NCBI RefSeq assembly: GCF_040956055.1
Contig: NC_090911.1
Location: 1,588,830-1,652,829, forward strand
Source: Brachionichthys hirsutus
Taxonomy: Eukaryota
Length of the DNA: 64,000 nt
Direction of reading: 5' to 3'
In this document: in pieces, positions 44,901-58,085 of the stretch
Layout of the letters: each line of letters opens with the position of its first letter
Position numbering within the stretch: the first letter of the stretch is position 1
The notes under the pieces: generated by a model
Told to the model about the DNA's origin: nothing
Seen by the model: only the letters and a program-made list of their open reading frames with translations
Database searches by the model: none
Program-made: the position numbers and the translations under genes

Positions 44901-47045
44901 GTAAATCATGTCTTGTTCTAAATCAAAGTCACGTTACAAAAATGGTTTTAGTGATAATAATGATGCCTTGAACTATGTCCCCCCCTACTCCCAAATAAAA
45001 ACACTTCAACCTCATTTAACATGGAGTAGCACACACACACACACACACGCACACGCACACACACGCCCTCCCACAGTTTGCTGTTGTCTGCTGATATGTG
45101 TCATTGATCCTCTATTCATTCCTGGAGCGGCCCAGCTGTCCACGTCACTGCGCCTCCAACGGCTCGGATGCTTCTCTGGCTTCGGTTTTCTTCAGGGAGC
45201 CTAAATCATTGCTGCTATAAGAAGAGAAAGGAGAAGCAGAAAGAGCAGTGAAAATACCAAGCAGACATTTTAAAGATTCTCTCTGAGAAAAGGATTTAGG
45301 TTTTGATTAATTAAAAAAAGAGGAGCATATTGTTTACCCCCCAGGGCAGACTCCTACAGGAGACGGGATGGGGTCACATCTCCATTCATCAGCGATGCCC
45401 AATCTAGTGTGGGGCTACTGGGGAGGGGGGGTGGGGGCTTACATTTCCTCATCCAGAGATTATGACGCTCAGACTCTGGCAGATTATGTCTGTCCAAAAG
45501 AGACTCCACCGGGGGAGGGGGGGGGGGGATTAACAAATATTTCCAGATAGTTGTGTTGAGTGAAACCAATCAGCTTTGTCTTTAAGGGGAGCTCCAGGCA
45601 TCAAATGGCCCACAGATGTAAAAGCCGTGGCTTCAGAAGACAAATCCGCTCGGATCCTTTCATTTCAATATGTTTGCTAGATTTGATAGTAATTGGCTTT
45701 GATTTTACTAATCCAAAAACTGTTCGCAGGAAGTCTCTGCTACTCAATTATAAGCATTAAATATTGTCTCTTCATGGCTTAATTACAAATCTGCTTTTTG
45801 TCATAAACACTAATCCCAGTGACGTGGATTAACTCACTGGAATGAATGACAAGTGGCTTGGTGATTATTATGACTGCAGACTGTGAAAAATAGTTTATAT
45901 ATTAAAGACTTTCATTTGATCTTTCTATTCAGGTTTTCTAATACTCTGTCTCATCCATTATTATATTAGTAGCAATATTGCTAATGCTAATTAGATCATG
46001 TCAAGGTTGTTGTCACTGCTTTCCTGAATCCTACCAATTTAAAACATTTCAATAAAACAGAGAATTGCAGTCGTCTCATGTTCATGCCGATGGAAATCCG
46101 GAGCTCCACGGCGAATTCCAGCGTTCCGAAAGATTGGGACTCAAAAAAACTACAAGCTCAAAATACAAACTATTGCCTTCATGTTGTAGAATCCAAGTCT
46201 GGACATGAGATCCCAAAATGACTCCAAAATTGTCTGAATCATTCAGTGCAGCCTCTGAGTTTGTCTTGCAGGTTGTTCTGTAAGGCAGACAGCGTCACTC
46301 TGCCTGCGGTAACGGGTGCGAGTGGCGCAGTGTGTAGCGCTGACACCATGCAGTGAGAAGCGTCCGGGTTTGTATGTTCTCCCCGTTTCATTACGCGAAC
46401 CCGATCAGCGGGTTGTGTCCTGAATTTCTCCTGAAACATAACCCACGGATATTGATCAGATCTTCAGGGGTCTAACGGAATAGATCCACAATCACATGGA
46501 GCCGGTTCTGATGCTGGAGCTGCATGAATCGTGTTTCCAGTGCAGCGAGGCTATAAAGACTGTAGAACCGGATGATGAGTGACACTTTGAATGTTTATTC
46601 CACTTGATTTGCTGTGTGCTTCGATTCGGTGACGGTCGTCCTTTCATCCCATTAGCTCCAAATTCCTATAACTGGTTCTATAAATACGCGGGCCCCCTTA
46701 TCAGGGCCGGCGCCCTGCTGGGAGGGCATATGGGCTGCTTTGTTGCCAGGAATGGAGTGTGTGTGCAGGGTCCACCAATCCTCGCCCTCGCCTGGGGAGT
46801 TAAACAAATTGATTGGCAGGCTAGAGGCGGTCGGTTCCTCGCACTGTGGTCCCTATTCATGAACACAGAGCCCGGAAAGCGGCGCCGCCGTGAACCGGCT
46901 GAAAAGGCGGAACTCAGGCGGACTTAGGGGAGCGGTGGAAGGGGCATCAGTTTATTCTTCAAACATGCACGTCCACATTTTGTTGCCTCCAACAGACTCC
47001 CATTCCAAAGTGGAGGTTTGGAATCTAACTGCGTAAACTAGAAAG

Positions 47046-47478
47046 ACAATCAGAGATTGCAGACCCCGCCTCCAAAAGACTATTGGATCTTGTGAGACAG
47101 TAAACAGGGCTTCCGGATCAGAGGGGCCAAACCTGCTCTAGCTTGCTGCTCCGGAATGTACTACAAGACACCTTCTGGACTCTTTTTCCCATCATGCCAT
47201 TCGTGTCCCTCCCTCTTAAAGTGACAGTTTACAGCACAGGTACGATTCCAGATGTAAAAATAATTCTAGAATCTGGATCCAGATCCGGATCAACGCCATT
47301 CTCGGGGAGGACCGAGCCACGGACAGAACCTTGCTTGTGTAAAATGTTCAAGTTGATTGGGTTACTAGTTTTTGAGTTATGTGCTCGGACAGACAAACAG
47401 ACAGACAAACAAACAAACAGACAAACAGACAAACGCACCCAATGGCAATACCCTCGCCTCCTCTTCGGCGAGGGTTTC
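47046..47478 (+). repeat. Family C interspersed element copy 2
   Basis: Same as 8062-8508, in the same orientation, with an ACCCTCGCC...GGCGAGGGT stem-loop at the 3' end. Confidence 0.7.
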
Positions 47479-49796
47479 CAGCTGAACCACACAACGGCCG
47501 GGTTGCGTTCACTGTCATGTTCACGTCTTTACAGAAACCTGCATCCGCAGAATTCTGGAAGAATTCTGAAAAGTCCGAGAGTTGCTCTCAGTGGCTCGCT
47601 GTACGCACCCATTAAACAGGCGAGCAATTAGCCAGGGCCAGTCATCAGCAAGACCCCCCCCCCACATGCACATCGGCTACAACAGGCTGACCAGGCAGAG
47701 CATGATGAACAACACACACACACGGGCCGTAATCCCTGAGTCTTGTCTTGTGCCTCTACGTGCAGTTAGATCTCGGCCACAGCAAGCGTGACTCCTGTTC
47801 TGGAGGCCTTTGTCTCGGCTGCCCTGAAAGGCTTCTGGACTCCTTCCTGGGGCGACAGAAAGGCTCCCTTTCAGCTTGGTTGAGGATTTCTTTGACTCAA
47901 ACGTGATCCAGAAACAGTTTCGATGTCGTTCAGAGCGAACGGAAACAAAGTGAAGCTTTTTGAAGATTGGGACAGGTGCGGAGGGAGGGGAGGTGCCGAA
48001 ATGTTTGCGACTCGTCTGATTCGTATCGACAGGTACGATGCCGTCCTGATGAAGCTCACTCGGAATACGGGTTAACCATTTCATGCCCGATCCCCCCTGC
48101 AGGCGTAATAAATCACGTCGGTCAGTCCCGAGTCCCGAGTACAGGTGCAGGAAACAAGATGTTTGTCGTATGGTGTACAGCTTGAAATGGATGGAAACCT
48201 CAACATGGAGGTGTACAGACACCCCCCGCCCCCTCGGACCAGTATCTTGGTGGTCTCGGTCCTCTCTTTGTTTTCTCCTCCAACAGGAGTAGAAGCATCT
48301 GGACTCTCTACCAGTCATATAGAACGGAAGAAGCCTCTTGGATGAAGGTGAAACGTCTTCAACCAAACTTGAACGAGTCCAGTCGATTCTTCCTTTTGGC
48401 TCTTCTTGATTTACACACCCCTTAGTAGAATTTGAGAGCGATCTGGGCCGCGATGTGGGGGTTTCATACGATGCCCAATAAAAGGCATTGTTTGCCTTTC
48501 TGCTCTACAACATCTATATTCACACATGAAAATGTAATGAGAGGAGCTGCAGATTGCAAACACCCTGTAGTGTTTGACAACACTTGTATATTTGGTCAAT
48601 GTCCGTCCGTGTGTGGGAGACCTCTGAGAGAAGACAAACAGCATACAGGTGGATTCACAGCTTTCAAGGGCTTCTTTATCTAGCTCAAATGTTTGACTGC
48701 CATTCAGCCACCTTGAGAGCTCCAGTAGAAACGTTAACAAGACCAATATGCACCATATCTGAGTGATTGATTAGTTGCTCACACCAGGGACAGGCATTGT
48801 CCCCTCAGAAATATAACCATTGTAGTTAGTTATTAAGGTGTTATAAAGCAAAGTCATCCCACGATTTTACATCAGTCAGTTTATTTCATTTGTCAGCATG
48901 TCTGACGTGGCTGACAAAGACTCTTGAGCCGGTCGGATTACATTTTGCCCTGATCTGAAAACCAAAGCCCTGTCATTTCGGCAGACTTTCTCAAAGAAGG
49001 TTTACAAAAATGACAACCCATTGTGTTTCAGCATGAGCTTTACATGCAGGACTCGTGGCTGAATGGGCTGGCGACAGGGAACTTCCATGTGAGCTCATTT
49101 ACGATGTGAAACCTGCCCTCTTTTAGGAAGTAATGGCCGATGCATCCTCGGGACCATCAAGCCTGCATCGGGGCTCGTAACCTTAATCCTGAACCACACC
49201 TTCAGGTTTTGGAGCAACATGCGCTGCCAAGTAGATCATGATTTTAATGTTCTCCTCAGTTCCAAGATGCTTCCAGAGTGTTGTTAAATGAAGAAGTGAT
49301 GAGCAGAGCGGTTTGCAGCACTATGGAGGAGCTCAGTGAAAGCTCAGCCCACCCACTCTCTATTTATGCAACCATGTGACAATAATAATAAATAATACTA
49401 ATATGTTTGAGGCTGTATGTTGCTGTAAACCATTCTAGCAATGGAGAAATGGCGTTTCCAAGGCAACGTAGAGGCGGTTAATGATTGACATGCTGAGCTG
49501 GCGAGAACGGCGGTGAATGGCGTGAAGGTAGAAACATTTATGATGCGGTCTTCATGCTAGCAGCAAATGCTGATAAGGATTTGAAAGTATCCTGGCATTC
49601 TGCCACATCCCCGACGAGTCTGTTCTACTGTTAGGAGCGTCTTCTGTTGTTGTTGTTTCGCTTGCGCTCCATTTTTGTATTTTTTTTAAAAGAAAGACTT
49701 ATGGAAATGTTTACTTAACATAACCAATTGGGAACAGGGGGGCTATCAGAGAGCTGTTTGCTGATGATCTGGTGATCTCAATGGAAACGGTTAAGG

Positions 49797-50092
49797 CAGG
49801 CATGGGCAAACCAAGGCCCGGGGGCCATATACGGCCCGTTGGGCTATTTAATCCGGCCCGCCATACTTGTCCAAGTTATATAATTAAATCACATTTTATT
49901 ATAATTAAACCTCATTCATTTGACCTTTTCCCTGTAATTCTACCTGTAAAAGGCCAAATCCTTTCATGTAATAGCTTTCATGTGTCATTTATATTAGTTC
50001 ACACAAATATTCCATCCATCTGTTCCTCGCCCGGCCCTTCTGCCAAATTTTAGAACCTATTGTTGGCCGCAAGTCAAAATGTTTGCCCACCT
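49797..50092. mobile_element. MITE family B copy 2
   Basis: Same element as 6751-7037, with short inverted termini CATGGGCAAAC / GTTTGCCCAC. Confidence 0.7.
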
Positions 50093-50895
50093 CTGGGTTA
50101 AGGGACCGTTTAAATTTGAAGAAGTTGCATGGAGAAGAGGATTGAAAGCGGAAGGGGCTGCCTTGGGTTTCTCCTGTTATCACTGTCATATTTGTGTGTT
50201 TTCATGATCCTCCTTTGCATGTACGTTAATTGTTCCAATATGTAGAGTTCCTTACATTAAAAGCAAACGCACATGTACACTCTCAGAAAATCATTTTGTT
50301 ATAATATCTCTTTATTTTGTGTACCTGATGCAGTCGGTCAGACTAACCAAGCAGATAATTAAATAATGTGACTGCAACAATTTATTGCCCTATAGCACTA
50401 CTTTACTCGTAGCTTTTATTGCTCATTCAACTGCTTATTTTATGTTTACATTACTGAGAATCATTTTCCCATTTCCATGCTCTTAAGTCCGTAACTTCCC
50501 AACACCACAGTCATGCATGCATTGTGTCTTTGTGGATCTAAAGAAAGCCTATGACGGGGTGCCCAGAGAGGAACTGTGGTACTGCATGAGGAACTGTGGT
50601 ACTGCATGAGGTACTGTGGTACTGCATGAGGAGGTCTGGAGTGGCAGAGAAGTACATCAGAGTAGTTCAGGACATGTAGGACAGTTGTACGACAGCAGTG
50701 AATTCAATTCAATTCAGTTTTATTTATATAGTTATCTCAAGTCACTTTACAGGATTAGCAGGGAAAGACCTGCAGAGAAATACAGAACCCAACTTGACCC
50801 ACAAGAGCAACGGAGGCAAGGAAAAACTTCCCTTTAACAGGCAGAAACCTTGGACAGAACCTAGGCTCATGGTGGACGGCCATCTGTCTGGCCAG

Positions 50896-50902
<7 letters not shown>

Positions 50903-50930
<28 letters not shown>

Positions 50931-50931
50931 C
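50903..50931. repeat. (GA)n microsatellite
   Basis: gagagagagagagagagagagagagaga. Confidence 0.9.
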
Positions 50932-51636
50932 AATGGCAGGTCGGAGATGAGTCAAAAACAAGGAGATGGATGGGGAAGCGATAGAGAGACAGAGCAGGAG
51001 CAGACAAAAACAAGATATAAGACTGAAATGCTAATGCCGGCGACGTGAACATCAGTGGTGAGGGCCACAGGTCCAGGTTCTGCAGCACCACGGACAGAAG
51101 GACCTGAAATAGAAAGACGGACAAACAGAGGGAGAGAGAGCACAAGACTACAGGAAGAGAGAGAGATTACTCACATATATTTATAACAGTGTGAAGTGTG
51201 AGGTAGGACTAACAGGGGGCTTTAGTGTAGAGGTGGGATGCACCAGGGACCATCTCTGAGCCCCTTTTTGTTGCCATGGTGATGGACAGGAAGCTCCTTG
51301 GAATGTGATGTTTGCAGATGACATTGTGATCTGCAGTGAGAGCAGGTAGAGGAGAATCTAGAGAAATGGAGGTCTGCTCTAGAAAAGAGAGGGATGAAGG
51401 TGAGCAGCAGTAAAACAGAGTACATGTGTGTAAATGAGAAGGTCCCAGGGGGGACAGTGAAGCTACAAGGAATAGACGTAGAGAAGGTCGAGGACTTCAG
51501 GTACCTCGGGTCAACAGAGCAGAATGATGGAGAGAATGTGGAAAGGAGGTGAAGAATCGTTTGCAGGCAGGCTGGAACGGGTGGAGGAAAGTATCAGGTG
51601 TGCTCTGTGATAGGACGAAGGGACAGGTCTACAAGA

Positions 51637-52290
51637 CAGTGGTGAGGACAGCCATGATGGACGCCTTAGAGACAGTGGTGAGGACAGCCATGATGGACGG
51701 CTTAGAGACAGTGGTGAGGACAGCCATGATGGACGGCTAAGAGACAGTGGTGAGGACAGCCATGATGGACGGCTTAGAGACAGTGGTGAGGACAGCCACG
51801 ATGGACGGCTAAGAGACAGTGGTGAGGACAGCCATGATGGACGGCTCAGAGACAGTGGTGAGGACAGCCACGATGGACGGCTCAGAGACAGTGGTGAGGA
51901 CAGCCACGATGGACGGCTCAGAGACAGTGGTGAGGACAGCCACGATGGACGGCTTAGAGACAGTGGTGAGGACAGCCATGATGGACGGCTCAGAGACAGT
52001 GGTGAGGACAGCCATGATGGACGGCTAAGAGACAGTGGTGAGGACAGCCATGATGGACGGCTCAGAGACAGTGGTGAGGACAGCCATGATGGACGGCTCA
52101 GAGACAGTGGTGAGGACAGCCACGATGGACGGCTCAGAGACAGTGGTGAGGACAGCCACGATGGACGGCTCAGAGACAGTGGTGAGGACAGCCATGATGG
52201 ACGGCTTAGAGACAGTGGTGAGGACAGCCATGATGGACGGCTCAGAGACAGTGGTGAGGACAGCCATGATGGACGGCTTAGAGACAGTGT
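51637..52290 (+). repeat. 36-bp in-frame tandem repeat (~18 copies; GACAGTGGTGAGGACAGCCATGATGGACGGCTCAGA) inside the LINE ORF
   Basis: Unit variants alternate C/T, A/G and TTA/TCA/TAA. It translates as ([12 protein letters not shown])n on the plus strand. The same LINE copy at 28430-28560 carries only about 3 units. Confidence 0.85.
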
Positions 52291-53714
52291 CTCTGAGGAA
52301 AAGACAGGAGGCGGAGCTAGAAGTGGAGGAGATGAAGATGCTGAGGTTCTCCTTGGGAGCGACCAGGTTGGACAGGATTAGAAATGAGACAATAAGAGGG
52401 ACAGTGAAGGTTAGACGTTTTGGAGACAAGGTCAGAGAGACCAGGCTTTGATGGTTTGGACATGTCCAGAGGAGAGACAGGGACTATATCGGTAGAAGGA
52501 TGCTGAGGATGGAACTGCAGGGAACAGGACTAGAGAACGACCCAGGAGAAGAGACATGGACGTAGTGAGGGAGGACATGAGAGTGGCTGGTGTTGGGGAG
52601 GACGATGCAAAGGACAGGGTGAAGTGGAGAAGGTTGAGTTGCTGTGGCGACCCCTCAGGGGACAAGCAGAAAGTACAGTCGTAGTCATCAAGCAAATAGA
52701 AATTGTGCATCCATTTTTGTGTTGCAATGACTTCTAGTTGTTCCTGCGGACACTTTATCGTTCAGTCCTGTGTTCACATTGCTGAAAGAACGTAGCCTGG
52801 ATGAGCAGATCTCAAAAGAGGTGTGAATGCGCTTTGCATTCACACCGGCTTAGAGTGGCCCGTTTTAGCTCTGAGTGATGCTGAGACCAGCTCTGAGAAA
52901 CGTGCAGTTAGAGCATCACCGGTTAGGAAGGTTAAAGTCTGTCTGAATGAACAACGCGTAGCAGCCTCTGATCGCAGCATCAGTGCTATCAGACAGAGGA
53001 AACAGACACGGGTGGCACACACACACACACACACGCACACACGCACACACACACACGCACGCACACACACACGCACACACGCAGCTCCTGTGGCTATTGA
53101 TTTTTAGTTAATGGATAACAGCTGGTTCAGAACAGGGTCAACAATGAAGTGCATTCATCAGACTGTCCAAAGCAACACTTACTGCAAACAGCAGGACTCC
53201 GCTGGAGAATCAGCAGCGCAAAGATCATCGCTTAAAGCAAACTATTGCCACAGCGGGGGCAGATGCAAACCCCCCCAATCGTCGTCAGTCATTGCATTCC
53301 TTCACAGTATAATATATTTTATTCATTTTGGATACACATTCATAGTAGTAGTCAGTACTGCCCATGACAAAGCCCCAAGCAGCAGCCAAAATCACAGCCA
53401 TTAAAATCCAGCGGTGCATCTTTGAGTTTGTGATTGATCAGTAATCAAAGCCACTGTAAAATGGTGAAAAATTCAAAACAGCTGATGCTTTACTCAAAAA
53501 ATGTACTACGTTGTTTAATAAAATAAATGCCCCTTTAGCCAATTGAATTAATATATCTATAATACAATATCGTTTCTAAATCTTAGTCCAATTAAGAACT
53601 TAAACTGATCGAGTCGTTCGAGACATTAAATCACCCACAGAGGATGGAGCGGGGGCGGGGCACAAGCTCAATGATCCATTCAGGGACCGCATCTTATTTA
53701 AGCTGCATGTGCGT

Positions 53715-54200
53715 GCATTAGAATGCTGCATTCACGGTGAACGGGACATCCCAACATGTTGCAGGGTTGGGGTGCGTTAGAATGCTGCATTCACGGTGAG
53801 CGGGACGTCCCAACTTGTTGCAGGGCGTTAGAATGCTGCATTCACGGTGAGCGGGACGTCCCAACATGTTGCAGGGCGTTAGAATGCTGCATTCACGGTG
53901 AGCGGGACATCCCAACATGTTGCAGGGTTGGGGTGCGTTAGAATGCTGTATTCACGGTGAGCGGGACGTCCCAACATGTTGCAGGGCGTTAGAATGCTGC
54001 ATTCACGGTGAGCGGGACGTCCCAACATGTTGCAGGGCGTTAGAATGCTGCATTCACAGTGAGCGGGACATCCCAACATGCTGCAGGGCGTTAGAATGCT
54101 GCATTCACGGTGAACGGGACATCCCAACATGCTGCAGGGCGTTAGAATGCTGCATTCACAGTGAGTGGGACATCCCAACATGTTGCAGGGTTGGGGAGCT
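53715..54200. repeat. ~57-bp minisatellite, ~8-9 copies
   Basis: Unit CGTTAGAATGCTGCATTCACGGTGAGCGGGACGTCCCAACATGTTGCAGGG, with or without a TTGGGGTG insert. It creates long ORFs on both strands (..CCRALECCIHGERDVPT..). Confidence 0.85.
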
Positions 54201-56764
54201 TTTTGGGTGACGTCTTTCTCTTGGCTTCGGGAGTTCATTCTGTGAGCGGCACGGTGAAGATGTCCTCCGTCCCTTATCGGGGACGGACACCTCCCCACTT
54301 GACTGTCCTGCCTGAGGACACAAAGCGCATCAGAGGCCGGAGGGCAGGAGGCCCGGCTCTCTCTGAGGCTTCGCAGTGACAGAAACACTCTAAAGCATGT
54401 CTAATGTGACAGCTAGCGCTGCTATTCACGCTCTCTGTCGCACACTGAGAGGGCGAGGCGCTGAAAGCCTTCTTAACACATGCTTTCAGTCCGTTTGATA
54501 ATGTGAGGAGGGGGATGGGGGTTCCACCCACGTCGGGGCCTTTCTACTGGGAAGTTTGGGCCGCGGCTTGGAATACAGCACCTGATGGGCGCTGTCCAAC
54601 GGGGGGGGGGGGGGGGGGGGCGGACTGATGGTGTCAGCTCCACCAGCGAGAATAAAAGGCTTTTTTATTGCATAAAACAAGTTGCTCTGGCTCATTTCTG
54701 CTCTTGGTCTTGTGGAAATCAAACGGATCCACGGTTCACTTCATTTTCTGAGTGGTTCAGGATGACAGGAAGTTGCTGCTGCAGAGGAGAGATCAAAGTG
54801 AGCACCTGGGGAGAGGAAGCGAGGAGGTGTTTAATTCTGATATAGGAGAAATCGAAAAGTCAAACATTCAGAGGATGCGAGAGAAATGACACACGAAGGT
54901 TACGCATCAAGGCCATGAATAAAAGGAGAAGATAGTTTTCCTTTTTACGGTGACGGGTGGAGATCCGGGCCGTTCATCATCAGAGGACAGGAAGCAGGCA
55001 TGTCTCATTCGGGTCTCGGATATAGGAACAGTTTGATGGAGAATATAAAAGTGTGGCTTCTTGTTTGTTTGGTTGGGCCGATGAAGACTCTCCCCCTGGT
55101 GGTGTGACAGTGTGCTGGCTGCCCTCGCGTCCTGCCTTATTGATCACCGCACTCCAGTGACCGCAGCCATATTGAAGTAAATCAGATGTTCCGGGGTTGA
55201 CCTCTACTCCTCCCCGACCTCTCGCTTTCTTCTTTGGCCACAAGCTTTAAATCAGCAGTTCACAATGCTGGCCGAAGGTCCAGAAGAAAGGCCGACACCC
55301 ATTCACAGCCCAGGACCAGCGGCTACGAGAGAGAGCAGCTCCCGGCTGGCTGGATCAGCGAGTATGAGAAACACAAATACTGCCATTCATCGGAAGCAAC
55401 CTGAGAGACAAACACACAAAGACACGTCTCCTCAGTGAGCACGAGACCGTCTTCGGGGGTCTCGCCTTGGTCACGCATAATGTTTTCGGTCGTGCCGGGA
55501 CACACTGATGATTGTGTTGTCTTAACGTTTAGGATGTTCATTGGTTTTTGAGTGGCTGTAAGACCTTTGTAAGGAGGGGGAGTCTTTTAACGCGCCTCTT
55601 TATTGTACGTGCAACAGCTCAGTTGTAGTTTTAATCGCTCATTGTTGAGCATTTGCATCAACACCAGTTTCCATTTTTAAAAACTGCACCTCCTCCTCCT
55701 CCCCCAGGCTCCTTCTGAGGCCCCAGAATAATCTGCTCAAATGAATCATCGGGCTTCTGTGCATCTGATAGCTCCGTCTTTAGGAGGCTTCCTTATTGAC
55801 AGAGGCGAGGACGGGAGTGGACCGGCTCGGCCCTCCCGGATTTATCTGTGTTGCTCGTGTAAACTAAGCTCATTAGGCCCACAGACCAATTATCAGCGAG
55901 TCAATACGAAGCTTGCAGATTATTGCAGTTCCTCACCAGGAGCTTAGCACAGCCGCGACCTTCACCTTTTTGTCCCACTCAATCACAGCCCCAAGGGAAA
56001 CACTTCCAGGTGTCGGTGGAGACGGAAGCTTTTGGCAGATATCTGAGTGGAATAAATTCGGAACAACAATGTCATTTCCCACATGCGTTAATTTCTGTGT
56101 TGCAGCCCTGAAATTTAAGGAATTGGTTATTATTTTTTTACAAATATAACAGTAAATGTTGTATTTTTCAACTATGTAGAAAACATAAATGCCGTTGAAG
56201 CAATTTGCTGCACTGCTGAGTCATTCCAGCTACAATATAGAGTAATTCAGGAAATAAAGTACGAAGCTCTTATTTTGCAATGAAAGACTGATTTTTAATT
56301 AATTACTAGTCTTATTGTTTTATTTTTCACCTAATTCATGTTTGATCTGTTCTGCCTCTGCTTTTTTATTTTGCGGATGCAGCAGTAATTCCTCCCGGCA
56401 TTTTCAATTTATTTGTTCTATTCAGAAATTATTTATTTCATGTTAATGTTTCTGTAGCTATCGCTATCGCGTTCATTAGTATCTAATTTTAACTCAAATT
56501 ACAGCGAGGCCAAGAGAAAGTTGTCTTTGTGCTGTGCTGGAGTGTCATTCTGTACTTACATGCAACACGCGCTCCAAGGTTTCCGTGATATTATTTTCAG
56601 TTTGTTCTCTAATTTTATTCAGGGCTATGAATCCTGCTGGCTGTTGTCTATTCTTTATTAACTAAAGTTTACACGCAGATTCTCATTCCGAGTCCCTTTT
56701 AAGAATAACATTGATCTTCACATATGTGCTGCTGATATTGTAAATACGATTTACAGCAGATCAT

Positions 56765-56798
<34 letters not shown>

Positions 56799-57692
56799 CG
56801 TGTGTGCACGCGTGTGCGTGTCGGTCCACTCGGTGCGTCAGTGCCACGCAGAAGTCAACAGGCCTGACAGGGAACGTGCTAGAGGGCAACCACCCTTGAC
56901 CTTCAGCTGCTTCCACCCTGAACAAAGCAAAGTGACCAAATGGGTCAACGGCCCTCAGCTCCCCCCCCCCCCCCCTCCCCTCTCCCCTCTCCCCGCCCCC
57001 ACATTCAGCACCACCAGTTCACAATCAGTCACTCACCGTGACCCAACCATGTGGTTTCAGGCCACTTCTAGCCGTGTCCCATCCTTTCCACCACCCGGTT
57101 CCTCCCGCCTCACGGATCTCTGCTGACACGCCAGTAATCGAGCTGGAATAGATAAGGGTCTGTGGACCGAGCCCCCCAGGTCCTGACACCGCTGAAAATG
57201 TGAGTGCAAACACTGCCTGTCACCACATTAGTCCTCTGTCTGCCTAGCGGGGCTGCTGGCCTGAGAGCAGCAACCCATTCCTACCGAACCTCTGGCAAAA
57301 TCCAGAAGAGACATTATTTATAGAAAACCCGTCTCTCAGCACAAAGACAAGCGTAAAATAAAATCACACGTTATTATATTCGGATTTGTGACAGAAACAA
57401 AGAAACCTGAAGGTAGCTTGATTTCGCGCTTTAGTCTTTGCCTTTGGAGTCTTACAGGAGAGACGCACGTCCACATTGGACGAGTCGTTCTTTGCATCTA
57501 TCCGTGCTCTCCATTGACAATGTTATCATTCATTGGCCAATTAGCTGATGCTAGCTCATGTTCACTGACTTCGTATTTGAAAAACGAGCTCTTTAAGGCC
57601 AAGACAAGCGAAACTGACAAAAACTGACTCGCATCATCTGGTACAGCGCCAAAACCCCCCACAACCCCACGGACATCCAACTACCAGGCAGT

Positions 57693-58085
57693 ATGGCGGC
57701 ATAGTTGCTTTCGCCTCGCAGCAAGAAGGTACCGGGTTCGATTCCTACCTGTGTGACGTTTGTTCTCTGTGGGGTTTCTCCGGGTTTCCTCCCAAAAACA
57801 TGCAATTTAGGTGAAGTGCATCCTGGGTTTGCCCCGCCTCTCGCCTGAAGTCAGCTGGGATAGGTTCCAGCAACACCTGCAGGGCGGATGAATCGACTGT
57901 CGAGACGACCTCAATCGTCTCGTCTTCCAGAAAATGGATGGACGGATGGATTCTACGACCACGTATATGATCTATCCCGGGTTGAGAGGCAGTACCACTC
58001 CAGACAGGCAGGCGGTGCTAGTGTTTTCAGATTTTCAGATTCATACTATTCTCAAACCACTCCTTACAGTGAGTTCGTGTAACGG
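57693..58085 (+). mobile_element. tRNA-derived SINE (CTCGCAGCAAGAAGGT...GGTTCGATTCC ... CAAAAACATGCA family)
   Basis: Has the conserved teleost SINE core TTTCGCCTCGCAGCAAGAAGGTACCGGGTTCGATTCC followed by GGTTTCCTCCCAAAAACATGCAATTTAGGTGAA. The body is CpG-containing. Confidence 0.7.

Larger units (their letters stand above)
50520..52730 (+). mobile_element. 5'-truncated LINE copy (RT C-terminus plus downstream ORF) with a nested ~510-bp insertion (50700-51210) and an expanded internal 36-bp VNTR
   Basis: 50520-50700 encodes KAYDGVPREELWYCMR..VAEKYIRVVQDM (RT motif). 51215-51640 encodes [123 protein letters not shown]. 52291-52700 encodes [90 protein letters not shown]. This is the same element as 27995-28720 in the opposite orientation. 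Confidence 0.75.

Noticed and set aside
47677-48366. 229-aa minus-strand ORF
   Set aside because: It partly overlaps the family-C repeat copy, has low complexity and no homology. It is probably spurious.
43500-50000. Search for dpp6 3' exons (the human neighbour of the PAXIP1 3' end) or htr5a/insig1
   Set aside because: No ORF or six-frame segment resembling DPP6 C-terminal, HTR5A (DRY/7TM) or INSIG1 motifs was found on either strand.
53718-54388. Cys-rich ORFs (..ECCIHGERDVPTCCRALECCIHGERD.., 169 aa on the minus strand)
   Set aside because: They are a product of the 57-bp minisatellite being read through. They are periodic, not protein-like.
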